A stretch of DNA of 64,000 nt from a bacterium (GTDB lineage: Bacteria; Bacillota; Clostridia; Oscillospirales; Acutalibacteraceae). Below are positions 9,695 to 18,561 of this stretch, one piece after another. Numbering within the stretch: the first letter of the stretch is position 1; each line of letters starts with the position of its first letter. Where the stretch lies: contig CAVFAN010000009.1 in the NCBI GenBank assembly GCA_963620555.1, forward strand, positions 12,375 through 76,374. Direction: 5' to 3'. The translations under genes and the position numbers were made by a program. The notes beneath the pieces are model-generated. The model saw only the letters and a program-made list of their open reading frames with translations. It did not search any database and was not told where the DNA came from.

Positions 9695-10810
9695 TCAGTC
9701 CTGGTTCTTGAGCGACTCCATCTTGAGATAAGCGTTGATGAAGCCGTCTATGTCGCCGTCCATAACGGCGTTGATGTTGCCGTTTTCAAAGCCGGTGCGG
9801 TGATCCTTGGCGAGGGTGTAGGGCATAAAGACGTAGGAGCGGATCTGGCTGCCCCAGCCGATCTCCTTTTGATCACCCTTGATATCCTCGATTTTGTCAA
9901 GATGCTCGCGCTCTTTTATCTCGAGGAGCTTCGATTTGAGCATCCTCATAGCGACCTCGCGGTTCTGATGCTGGCTGCGCTCGATCTGGCATGAGACGAC
10001 TATGCCGGTCGGAATGTGCGTTATACGCACGGCGGACGAGGTCTTGTTGACCTTCTGACCGCCCGCGCCGCTTGCACGGTAGGTGTCAACTTTCAGATCG
10101 TCGGGATTTATTTCAACTTCGATATTGTCGTCGATTTCGGGCATGACCTCAAGAGAAGCGAAAGATGTGTGTCTGCGTCCGGATGAGTCGAACGGGGAGA
10201 CGCGGACAAGGCGGTGAACGCCCATCTCGCCCTTGAGATAGCCGTATGCATTCTCACCCTCGACGAGCAGAACTGCGGATTTAAGACCCGCCTCGTCGCC
10301 GTCAAGGAAGTCGAGCATGCTGACCTTGAAGTCGTGCTTCTCGCCCCAGTGCTGATACATACGAACGAGCATCTGCGTCCAGTCCTGAGCCTCGGTTCCG
10401 CCCGCGCCCGCGTGGAAAGTCAGCAGTGCGTTCTTCGCGTCGTATTCGCCGTTCAGAAGCGTGCTGAGGGTCTGCTTCTCAAGCTCGTCCTCAAATTTTG
10501 TAACACCCTCGCGGCACTCGTCGAACATGGAGAGATCCTCCTCCTCGTCGGCGAGTTCTATAAGGGTCATCGTGTCGTCAAAAGCGGTCTCGAGCGAAGT
10601 ATAAGCCGCGACCTTGTTTTTAAGCTGGCTTATTCTCTGGAGCACCTTCTGCGAATTTTCGATATCGCCCCAGAATTCCTCTGCGGCGGTCTGCTCCTCA
10701 AGCCTCGCAATCTCCTCTTTTAACGCGTCAAGACCGAGTGCCTCGCGCAGCTCGGAGAGCTTCTGTTTATTATCGTTGAGCTCAAGTCTCAACTCTTCAA
10801 ATTGCAGCAT
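9695..10810 (-). CDS. prfB: Peptide chain release factor 2
   Basis: SPF and GGQ motifs in a single uninterrupted 371-aa frame. The usual frameshift position reads CTT GAC in frame. Confidence 0.95.
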   Translation of the reverse strand: MLQFEELRLELNDNKQKLSELREALGLDALKEEIARLEEQTAAEEFWGDIENSQKVLQRISQLKNKVAAYTSLETAFDDTMTLIELADEEEDLSMFDECREGVTKFEDELEKQTLSTLLNGEYDAKNALLTFHAGAGGTEAQDWTQMLVRMYQHWGEKHDFKVSMLDFLDGDEAGLKSAVLLVEGENAYGYLKGEMGVHRLVRVSPFDSSGRRHTSFASLEVMPEIDDNIEVEINPDDLKVDTYRASGAGGQKVNKTSSAVRITHIPTGIVVSCQIERSQHQNREVAMRMLKSKLLEIKEREHLDKIEDIKGDQKEIGWGSQIRSYVFMPYTLAKDHRTGFENGNINAVMDGDIDGFINAYLKMESLKNQD

Positions 10811-11165
10811 ACAAAAACCTCGTTATCAAAAAAGTTAATTTTACACACATTACATTATACAAAAAGTAACGCATAAAGTAAAGCAGAATTTGATATGACG
10901 CGCAAAATGCCTCCATGCATATTATCTGCAAGCACCCGCTGATAAACGCCTCGGTCGATGTCCTCGCGTTCGGCTCGGTTGTATATGCTCTGCCGCGTTT
11001 TCTCACCGCAGTGTTCGGCAGTGTAGAGGGCGCGAACTACGCCGTGAACTTCGCCGACTGGGCGCATTTCGCAAACGGCAATGTCTATCTGCTCATTTTA
11101 ATATCCACGCTCGCGGTTTCAGTATCATTGCTCGCGGCAGGTATTGCAAAACTGCGCCGCACGCG

Positions 11166-11194
11166 TTGACACACGGCAGATTATGTAATATAAT
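11166..11194 (+). promoter_or_regulatory. Sigma-70-type promoter
   Basis: TTGACA (11166-11171), a 17-nt spacer, then TATAAT (11189-11194). Confidence 0.55.
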
Positions 11195-11242
11195 ATACCA
11201 AAATCGTATGGATTTTTCCGAACCTGAACGGGTTTATTTTTC

Positions 11243-11273
11243 GCCATGCACCTTTTCGGTGCGTGGCTTTTTT
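11243..11273 (+). terminator. Intrinsic terminator inside the 5' leader (attenuator or sRNA end)
   Basis: 10-bp stem GCCATGCACC/GGTGCGTGGC with a 5-nt loop, followed by TTTTTT. It lies about 50 nt downstream of the promoter -10 and just before the membrane-protein start. Confidence 0.65.
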
Positions 11274-11274
11274 G

Positions 11275-11997
11275 ATGAAAAGAGGGGTTATTTTGAAAAA
11301 CGGGAAGCTGAAAATTCCGAGCGAAGTCGTTTATATCCTCGCCGTCGCCCTGCTCTCGCTCGCGGTCGCAATGCTCACGGCGGCGAAATTCGGCGTGTCG
11401 ATGATAGTCGCGCCGGCGTATCTTTTGAGCCTGAAAGTCGGAATTCTCACATTCGGCCAGGCGGAATATGTCATTCAGGCGGGGCTGTTTATTATCTTCT
11501 GCATCGTCATGCGCGGATTCAGGGCGGTGTATCTCTCGTCGTTCGTGACCTGTCTTATCTACGGCGCGGCGCTCGATCTCTGGCGGCGCATCCCGTTCTT
11601 TGATCCTACCGTCACCCCGCCCGGGAGCATGTCCATGCCGATAAGAATACTTCTTTTTATCCTCGGCGTGCTGCTGACCTCGTTCTCGGTCGCGATGTTT
11701 TACAAAACATATCTTTATCCGCAGGTCTACGACTTCTTCGTCAAGGGTGTCAGCGGAAAGTTCGGCATAAAGCTGTCGCGCTTCAAGACCTGCTTCGATT
11801 TATCCTGCCTCGCGGTGGCGGTGATAATGTCGCTCACGTTTTTCAGGCGCTTCGAGGGTATCGGCTGGGGCACGCTCGTTATCGCGCCGATAAACGGCAC
11901 GATAATCGGCTTTTTCTGCCGCCTGTTTGATAAATATTTCGACTTCCCGCCGCTGTTCAAAAAATTCGCCGCTCATTTTGAGCTCGAAAAAAAGTGA
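11275..11997 (+). CDS. Multi-pass membrane protein (YczE/YitT-like, DUF6198-type)
   Basis: Six to seven hydrophobic helices. The start is uncertain: ATG 11275 or TTG 11293 (AGAGGGG RBS 5 nt upstream). The track start GTG 11263 lies inside the terminator stem. Confidence 0.72.
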   Translation: MKRGVILKNGKLKIPSEVVYILAVALLSLAVAMLTAAKFGVSMIVAPAYLLSLKVGILTFGQAEYVIQAGLFIIFCIVMRGFRAVYLSSFVTCLIYGAALDLWRRIPFFDPTVTPPGSMSMPIRILLFILGVLLTSFSVAMFYKTYLYPQVYDFFVKGVSGKFGIKLSRFKTCFDLSCLAVAVIMSLTFFRRFEGIGWGTLVIAPINGTIIGFFCRLFDKYFDFPPLFKKFAAHFELEKK

Positions 11998-12232
11998 TGC
12001 AAAAGCTCTCCGCTAAGGGGAGCTTTTCGTATATGTGCAATATTCAGCCTTTGTGGAGTACGGCGGCACGGCTTGCTGCACTATTTTTATCCACCGCGTG
12101 TCTGTATCGGCTTCGCCGATATCGGACAGCCGCGAGGGCTGTCCCTGCGCAGTGCGAGCCGCGAGAACTGCGATTCACCGAAAGAACTCTCCGAAAAAGA
12201 GTCTTTGTTCACAAAAAGTTTTAAATTTTACC

Positions 12233-12265
12233 CCTTGACTTAAAGTCAGCTTCAAGGTGTATTAT
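12233..12265 (+). promoter_or_regulatory. MerR-type promoter/operator
   Basis: TTGACT (12235-12240), a 19-nt spacer, then TATTAT (12260-12265). The spacer carries the nested palindromes CCTTGA..TCAAGG and GACTTAAAGTC. Confidence 0.6.
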
Positions 12266-12296
12266 ACGATTGAAAAGTGACAAAGGGGGCGTCGGA

Positions 12297-12647
12297 ATGA
12301 CGATAAAAGAAGTCAGCGAAAAATACGGCGTCTCGTGCGACACCCTGCGCTATTACGAGCGCGCCGGGGCTATTCCTCCGGTCTCGCGCTCCGCGGGCGG
12401 GATTCGCCGCTACGATGACGAGGCTATCAGATGGATAGAGCTCGCGGTCTGCCTGCGCGGCGCGGGTATACCGATAGAATCGGTCGCCGAATATGTCCGA
12501 CTATATAAAATGGGCGACTCGACAAAGCCCGAGCGGCTCGAGCTCCTCCGCAGGCACAGAGCGGAGCTCATCGCGCAGAGAGACAGCATCAACGAGGCGC
12601 TCGAACGCCTCGATGCGAAAATAGAACGGTACGAAAAATCCGAATAA
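12297..12647 (+). CDS. MerR family transcriptional regulator
   Basis: N-terminal HTH MTIKEVSEKYGVSCDTLRYYERAG followed by a C-terminal coiled coil. Confidence 0.9.
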   Translation: MTIKEVSEKYGVSCDTLRYYERAGAIPPVSRSAGGIRRYDDEAIRWIELAVCLRGAGIPIESVAEYVRLYKMGDSTKPERLELLRRHRAELIAQRDSINEALERLDAKIERYEKSE

Positions 12648-12665
12648 ACAGAAAGGATGATCGGC

Positions 12666-13277
12666 ATGAAAAAGATAGTTTGCCTGCTTCTGAGCGTGCT
12701 GCTCATATTCTCGTTGGCGGCATGCACATCCGGCGGCAATGACACCGAAACAGTCGGCACTGCAAACACAAATTCGACAGAACCCGCGCAGGGCAAGGTG
12801 CTCGTCGTCTATTTCTCGGCGACCGGCACTACTAAACGCGTAGCCGAAATGATCGCGAAAGCGACTGACGCGGACATTTTCGAGCTGACCCCGGTAAATC
12901 CGTACACATCGGACGATCTCGACTACAACAACCGCGACAGCCGGGTATACCAAGAGCACGATGACCCCGCGAAGCGCGACATCAAGCTCACCGCCGACAC
13001 GGTTGAAAACTTCGCTCAGTATGATACAATATATATCGGATACCCCATCTGGTGGGGCGAGGCGGCGTGGCCTGTAAATAGCTTTGTCAAGGCGAACGAC
13101 TTCAGCGGCAAGACGGTTATTCCGTTCTGCACTTCCGCTTCGTCGGGCGTCGGCGACAGCGCAAAGGAGCTCGCGGCGCTCGCCAAGGGCGGCAGCTGGA
13201 AGGATGGGTCGCGGTTTTCTGCCTCGACCGACAGCAGCGAAATCATCAAATGGATAGGCGCGGACAACGCGCGATAA
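12666..13277 (+). CDS. Lipoprotein-anchored flavodoxin-like protein (Flavodoxin_4 type)
   Basis: Signal peptide and lipobox MKKIVCLLLSVLLIFSLAAC. Flavodoxin motifs VLVVYFSATGTTKRVAE and YIGYPIWWG. Confidence 0.85.
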   Translation: MKKIVCLLLSVLLIFSLAACTSGGNDTETVGTANTNSTEPAQGKVLVVYFSATGTTKRVAEMIAKATDADIFELTPVNPYTSDDLDYNNRDSRVYQEHDDPAKRDIKLTADTVENFAQYDTIYIGYPIWWGEAAWPVNSFVKANDFSGKTVIPFCTSASSGVGDSAKELAALAKGGSWKDGSRFSASTDSSEIIKWIGADNAR

Positions 13278-13296
13278 AGCAAGGAGGAAATATACA

Positions 13297-14412
13297 ATGA
13301 ACACATTCCTTGAGGTAAAGAAAAGGTTCGGCCTCGGCTGCATGAGACTGCCCATGGACGGCGAAAAGGTCAACTGCGCCGAGTTCACAAAGATGGTCGA
13401 TGAGTTCATGGCGCAGGGCTTCAACTATTTCGACACCGCACGCGTCTATCTCGGCGGTCAGAGTGAGACCGCCATTCGCGACTGCGTTGTCAAGCGCTAT
13501 CCCCGCGAGAGCTTTATCCTGACCGACAAGCTCTCCGGCGCGCTGTTCAACAGCGAGGAGGAAGTCCGTCCGCTGTTCGAGAAGCAGCTTGAGAGCTGCG
13601 GAGTCGATTATTTCGACTTCTATCTCATGCACGCGCAGACCAAGACGATATTTGAAAAATACAAGAAGTGCCGCGCCTATGAGCAGGCGTTTGCGCTGAA
13701 AAAAGAGGGCAAAATAAAGCATGTCGGAATCTCTTTCCACGACACCGCCGATGTCCTCGACGAGATACTCAACGAATATCCCGATATTGAAGCGGTTCAG
13801 ATCCAGCTCAACTATATCGACTTCGACGATCCCGCCGTTCAGGCGCGTCTCTGCTACGAAGTTTGCTGCAAGCACAACAAGCCCGTTATAGTCATGGAGC
13901 CGGTCAAGGGCGGCAGCCTCGTTAACCTTCCCGAGCGGGGCAAGGCTATCCTCGACGGGCTTCACGGCGGCAGCGCCGCGAGCTACGCCATCCGCTTTGC
14001 TGCGGGCTTCGACAATGTGTTTATGGTGCTCTCCGGCATGAGCAATATGGCGCAGATGAATGACAACCTGTCATATATGAGGGACTTCAAGCCCCTCGGC
14101 GAGGAGGAGAAGCAGGCGATAGCCGAGGTCTGCGATGTTATCCGCTCGACCCATCTCATTCCCTGCACCGCGTGCCGCTACTGCACGGACGGATGCCCGA
14201 AGCACATTCTCATCCCCGACCTGTTCTCGTGCATGAACGCAAAGCAGCTCTACCGCGATTGGAACTCGGATTATTACTACGAAGAGGTCTACACAAAGAA
14301 CCACGGCAAGGCGTCCGACTGCATCGGATGCGGCAAATGCGAAAAATCATGTCCTCAGCACCTGCCCATCCGCGAGTTGCTCAAGGAAACAGCCAAGACC
14401 TTTGAGAGCTGA
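13297..14412 (+). CDS. Aldo/keto reductase with C-terminal 4Fe-4S domain
   Basis: AKR fold in the N-terminal 280 aa. Two Cys clusters, CTACRYCTDGCP and CIGCGKCEKSCP. AAGGAGG RBS. Confidence 0.9.
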   Translation: MNTFLEVKKRFGLGCMRLPMDGEKVNCAEFTKMVDEFMAQGFNYFDTARVYLGGQSETAIRDCVVKRYPRESFILTDKLSGALFNSEEEVRPLFEKQLESCGVDYFDFYLMHAQTKTIFEKYKKCRAYEQAFALKKEGKIKHVGISFHDTADVLDEILNEYPDIEAVQIQLNYIDFDDPAVQARLCYEVCCKHNKPVIVMEPVKGGSLVNLPERGKAILDGLHGGSAASYAIRFAAGFDNVFMVLSGMSNMAQMNDNLSYMRDFKPLGEEEKQAIAEVCDVIRSTHLIPCTACRYCTDGCPKHILIPDLFSCMNAKQLYRDWNSDYYYEEVYTKNHGKASDCIGCGKCEKSCPQHLPIRELLKETAKTFES

Positions 14413-14550
14413 GAGACGGAATAAATTACCGCTCGGACGGGCGGGGTTATAAAGACAGAACCGACCGCAGCGAAAACCGATGCGGTCGGTTTGATTATGC
14501 CGGTAAAAACGGGGCCGCGCTAAATGCGACAGCCCCGAACAGAATATTTG

Positions 14551-15603
14551 TTAGCCTCTCTCTTTCTCGAAAGAAATGACTTTTCCGCTTTTTGCGTTTA
14601 TCTTGTACTCATACTCGAATCCGCCGCATTTGAATTCAACATCATAGTGCGCGATGAGCGAGTCGGTGTCAAGCTCGGCTTCAAGCTCCGTGACCTGCGC
14701 CTCGGTGAGACCCGCGTGGTCGAGAGCGGCTTTCTTCGCGGCGTCTGCGGAGATATACTTCGATGTGTCGGCGGGCTTTGAATCGTCAAGCTCGCGGTCA
14801 AAGTCGATTATTTTGCCGTTTTTCGCATTGACTTCAACCTCGTACTCATAGCCGCCGGAAACGAACTCAATATCGTAGTGTGGGGTGAGGTCGTCGGCGT
14901 CAAGCTCCGCTTTCTTGAAAGTTACTTTTGAAGCGTCGAGAGAAGCTCTCTTGAGCGCGGCGGATTTCGCCTCCTCAACGGAAATGAACTTCGAGGTGTC
15001 AACTGAGGGCTTCTTATCCTCAGGCTCGCGGTCGAATTCGAGAATTTTCCCGCTCTTTGCGTCTATCTCGAACTCATACTCACAGCCGTCCGAGACGAAC
15101 TCGATATCGTAGTGAGGGGTGAGATCGTCGGCGTCCAGTTCGGCTTTCTTGAAAGTGACCTTTGAAGCGTCAAGTGAAACTTTCTTGAGGGCTATTGCCT
15201 TCGCCTCATCGATGCTGATATAGCCGGAGACGTCAGGCTGGGGCTTTGAGGGCTTAGAGGCGTCGGCGGGCTCGACTTCCTTTTTGAGGATGCTGCCGTC
15301 CGCAACCGCTATCTCGTAGTCGTATTCGTTGTTTGCGGCGGTGAACTCGATATCATAGTGGGCGACAAGATCGTCGCTGTCGAGCTTCGCTTCGGTGAAC
15401 TTCGCGTCGGCTCTTGCAACGCCCGCATCGGCGACTGCAATGTCTATTGCGGCATCGAGGCTTATCTTTACTTCCTGCTGAACCTGTCCGGAGCCGCCCG
15501 AACCCGTATCTGGCTTATCCTGCGGCGGCGCGACCGCAGAGAAGATAGCCATAATGACTGACATGAGCGCGACTCCTATGGATTTGAAAATACCTGCAAA
15601 CAT
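14551..15603 (-). CDS. Membrane-anchored protein with five tandem PepSY domains
   Basis: N-terminal TM helix followed by repeated I(S/D)x(D/E)EAKxxAL...DDLxxHYDIEF...GKI modules. Repeats 2 and 3 (DNA about 14791-15219) are nearly identical with a 234-bp period. Confidence 0.85.
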   Translation of the reverse strand: MFAGIFKSIGVALMSVIMAIFSAVAPPQDKPDTGSGGSGQVQQEVKISLDAAIDIAVADAGVARADAKFTEAKLDSDDLVAHYDIEFTAANNEYDYEIAVADGSILKKEVEPADASKPSKPQPDVSGYISIDEAKAIALKKVSLDASKVTFKKAELDADDLTPHYDIEFVSDGCEYEFEIDAKSGKILEFDREPEDKKPSVDTSKFISVEEAKSAALKRASLDASKVTFKKAELDADDLTPHYDIEFVSGGYEYEVEVNAKNGKIIDFDRELDDSKPADTSKYISADAAKKAALDHAGLTEAQVTELEAELDTDSLIAHYDVEFKCGGFEYEYKINAKSGKVISFEKERG

Positions 15604-15847
15604 AGTAACCGTCCTTTCTTATCGGGATCGTGTCCCTTAGTACACCTATATGATAACCCGCGAAAATTAAAGAAAGATTAGAGCGCAAAAATTTTTTGGA
15701 AAGTTTTTTACTTGTAAAAGCGGTAAGCTGTGGGGCGGTAATTTGGGATTTGTCCATCGCCGCTGCCAAACAATATAAAACAGCAAAACCGATTGCGGCA
15801 GAAAAACTGCAGCAACCGGTTCATCTGTTTATGCTATTATACCGCAG

Positions 15848-17467
15848 TCAAAAGGTCACGGTGAATTCGCTTCCCTCGCCGTAAACGGAGGAGACGGAGA
15901 CCTTGCCGCCGTGGAGTGCCGCTATCTGCCTGACGAGCGAGAGCCCCAAGCCGAATCCGCTTTCGCGGCTGCGGGATTCGTCTGCGCGGTAGAATCTGTC
16001 CCATATCTTCGGCAGATCCGCTTTCTTTATTCCGATTCCGTCATCCTTCACCGAGAGCGTGATGCCGCTGCCTTTTTTGAGCCTGACTTCAATGTGCCCG
16101 CCGTCTCTGCCGTATTTGACGGCGTTCGAGAGCAGATTTTCGAGCATCAGCGATATCAGCTGAGCCTGCGCGGGAATCGTAATGCCGCTTTCGATATCCG
16201 TAGTGAGCGTGATATTTTTTGCGGGGACAAAATCGGCGCATATTTTTTTGATGAGGCCGCTCAGGTCGGTGTCCTCGAGCTTGTAGCGCTTTTCGCCCCG
16301 TTCGGTGCGCGAGAGCGTCAGCAGAGCCGTGACGAGCTTCGTCATCTTGTCTGTCTGCTCGTCTATCGATGAGAGCGCCTCAAGAGTATCCTCTTCACTC
16401 GCGCTGTCGGATAGAGCGTATTCGCATTCCGCCTTTATCACGGCGAGCGGCGTGCGCAGCTCATGAGAGGCATCGGAGGTGAATTGCTTTTCGTTTTCAA
16501 ACGAGGTTTGGAGTCTTGCAAGCATGTCGTTGAAGGTCTTGGCGAGAGTGTATATTTCGTCTGCGCTCTTCTCCATCTCTATGCGCTTCGAGAGGTCGGT
16601 TCCGTCGGTTATCTCGTGCGCAGAGCGGCATATATTCTCAACCGGCTTCATCGTTTTGCGAGATATCAAATACGCCCCGACGGCGGCGATGACAATAAAC
16701 GCCGGCAGAAGGTATATGAAACTCCTGTTTATAGCGTCGAACGCACTCTTTGCGGCGTCGGCGTTGATGAATCCGCGCACCCAAACCGGGGGATAGGTCG
16801 AATTGTCGCATATGAACTCGACCTTGAAAACCGTTCTGTCCGTGTTTGCGGGCAGCTCAACGCTCAGCGAGCTGACCTCGTCTCGGGTCAGACCCGCGTG
16901 CTCGAGAGCGATATCAATCGCCTTCTCGCTGTTTATCCCGTCCTTGAACTCGGTGATTTTGTAGACCGGGTCGCTGAGTTCGGACATCGCGGTGTCCGCC
17001 TCGTATTTGATTATCTTCCCCGAAAAGGCGTCAATTTCATATTCGTATTTGTTGAAATCGAGACGGGTGTCGTAATAATAATATTTGCTCTCATCCGTCT
17101 CAAAGGTTCCGACCTCGCCGTTTTTGAGATTCTCGCTGTTTATCAGCGCGGCAGGGGACTCGCCGTCGATATATCTGCCGCTCGAGTCAAAGACATTGCA
17201 GTAGACCTCATCGACAAAAAAGGCAAAATCGTTTTCAATTTCGAGGATGCCGTTCTTGTATTCTATCTCGTCAACATTGCGCTCGACCGTGCTTATCAGC
17301 TCATTCTGCAGGCGTGAATCGGCAATCTGCGAGCCCGTTATCAGTATTCCGCCGATGCCGAGCGAGCTGACAACGGCGATGAGCAGGGTTATCCACACCG
17401 TTATCCGCAGCTTGAACGAAGAGCGATGTGCGGCTCTTGTTTTTTTATTTGATGACATAGCCTGCAC
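15848..17467 (-). CDS. Sensor histidine kinase with extracytoplasmic PepSY-like domain
   Basis: Two TM helices, a HAMP domain, the H-box SHELRTPL, and the N and G boxes (GFGLGLS). Confidence 0.92.
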   Translation of the reverse strand: MQAMSSNKKTRAAHRSSFKLRITVWITLLIAVVSSLGIGGILITGSQIADSRLQNELISTVERNVDEIEYKNGILEIENDFAFFVDEVYCNVFDSSGRYIDGESPAALINSENLKNGEVGTFETDESKYYYYDTRLDFNKYEYEIDAFSGKIIKYEADTAMSELSDPVYKITEFKDGINSEKAIDIALEHAGLTRDEVSSLSVELPANTDRTVFKVEFICDNSTYPPVWVRGFINADAAKSAFDAINRSFIYLLPAFIVIAAVGAYLISRKTMKPVENICRSAHEITDGTDLSKRIEMEKSADEIYTLAKTFNDMLARLQTSFENEKQFTSDASHELRTPLAVIKAECEYALSDSASEEDTLEALSSIDEQTDKMTKLVTALLTLSRTERGEKRYKLEDTDLSGLIKKICADFVPAKNITLTTDIESGITIPAQAQLISLMLENLLSNAVKYGRDGGHIEVRLKKGSGITLSVKDDGIGIKKADLPKIWDRFYRADESRSRESGFGLGLSLVRQIAALHGGKVSVSSVYGEGSEFTVTF

Positions 17468-18110
17468 CCCTTACGGTGTGAATGAGTTTGATATCCTCGC
17501 CCTCGTCGATCTTCTTGCGGAGATATCTGATATATACATCGACAACATTAGTGCCGCCTTCGTAGTCGTAGTTCCAGATGTGATCCTCGATTTTTTCGCG
17601 GCTGAGCACAACGCCCTTGTTCATCGCGAGGTAGCACAGCAGCTCGTATTCCTTTGCCGAGAGTGATATCTCCCTGCCTGCGCGCTCAACGCGCCTCGAC
17701 GCTGTATCAACCGTCAGGTCGCCTACGGAGATTACACCTGTCTTTTCCCCGTATTTTTTTCGCGTCATGACGCGCAGCCTCGCCGAGAGCTCGTCAAATG
17801 AAAACGGCTTTATCAGATAGTCGTCAGCGCCGATGTCGAGCCCCGTGACCCTGTCCTCAATGCTGTCGCGTGCTGTCAGAAACAGCACCGGCGTGCCGAT
17901 GCCATGCGCCCGTATCCTTTTGACAAGCTCGAACCCGTTTATTATCGGCATCGTGACATCGAATATCGCCGCGTCATAGTCGGTCGATGTTATTAAATCA
18001 TATGCCTCGCCGCCGTCAAAGCAGCCGTCCACGCTGTAACCCGCAGCCTTGAGCTGCTTTGTGATTATCCTGTTGAGACTCTTCTCGTCCTCGGCAAGCA
18101 GAATACGCAT
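17445..18110 (-). CDS. OmpR-family response regulator
   Basis: The start MRILLAEDE at ATG 18110 has a GGAGGG RBS. Receiver domain plus winged helix ending RGAGYVIK. The stop overlaps the kinase start. Confidence 0.93.
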   Translation of the reverse strand: MRILLAEDEKSLNRIITKQLKAAGYSVDGCFDGGEAYDLITSTDYDAAIFDVTMPIINGFELVKRIRAHGIGTPVLFLTARDSIEDRVTGLDIGADDYLIKPFSFDELSARLRVMTRKKYGEKTGVISVGDLTVDTASRRVERAGREISLSAKEYELLCYLAMNKGVVLSREKIEDHIWNYDYEGGTNVVDVYIRYLRKKIDEGEDIKLIHTVRGAGYVIK

Positions 18111-18129
18111 TTGATCACCCTCCGATATA

Positions 18130-18174
18130 ATTATACGGATTTTATCATAGCGTGTAAAGATTAAACGAAGATTA
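18130..18174 (-). promoter_or_regulatory. Promoter of the two-component operon with direct-repeat box
   Basis: On the minus strand: TTTACA, a 17-nt spacer, then TATAAT. An 11-bp-phased direct repeat TAATCTTCGTT/TAATCTTTACA overlaps the -35, as expected for OmpR-type autoregulation. Confidence 0.45.
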
Positions 18175-18233
18175 GAAAATCGGGTGTGGGTATAAAAATA
18201 ACACGAACACCGCAAAAGCAGTATTCGTGTTAT

Positions 18234-18355
18234 TGGTGGAGACGAAGAGGATCGCTCGGCGCACTGCCGTGCGCCGACACGCACGCGGACTTTCCGACCG
18301 TCCACCGGACGCTCGGAATTCTGCTTCGCAGAACCGTCCTGTTCGCTCCTCTTCT
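18234..18355 (-). ncRNA. Candidate structured RNA ending in the tRNA-Ala 3' acceptor strand plus CCA (copy 1)
   Basis: On the minus strand the 122-nt sequence runs AGAAGAGGAGCG...CGATCCTCTTCGTCTCCACCA. An 8-bp closing helix GAAGAGGA/TCCTCTTC encloses three internal hairpins. It is followed by the same terminator as the tRNA. Confidence 0.3.
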
Positions 18356-18397
18356 AAAAAAATAACACGAACACCGCAAAAGCAGTATTCGTGTTAT

Positions 18398-18519
18398 TGG
18401 TGGAGACGAAGAGGATCGCTCGGCGCACTGCCGTGCGCCGACACGCACGCGGACTTTCCGACCGTCCACCGGACGCTCGGAATTCTGCTTCGCAGAACCG
18501 TCCTGTTCGCTCCTCTTCT
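18398..18519 (-). ncRNA. Candidate structured RNA ending in the tRNA-Ala 3' acceptor strand plus CCA (copy 2)
   Basis: Identical to copy 1, shifted by 164 bp. Confidence 0.3.
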
Positions 18520-18561
18520 AAAAAAATAACACGAACACCGCAAAAGCAGTATTCGTGTTAT

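Noticed and set aside
9695-10810. Expected programmed +1 frameshift in prfB.
   Set aside because: The gene is a single uninterrupted frame, and the canonical site reads CTT GAC rather than CTT TGA C. Frameshift-less prfB genes are known, so this is not unusual.
10915-11169. 84-aa plus-strand ORF in the prfB upstream region.
   Set aside because: It has no RBS and overlaps the consensus promoter at 11166. Only the C-terminal part looks like a TM helix. It is at best a gene remnant.
17445-18305. N-terminal extension of the response-regulator ORF, and the 79-100-aa ORFs at 18227-18654.
   Set aside because: They run through the 164-bp tandem repeat and the tRNA-Ala gene. Their identical translations are a repeat artefact. 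The regulator starts at ATG 18110, which has an RBS.
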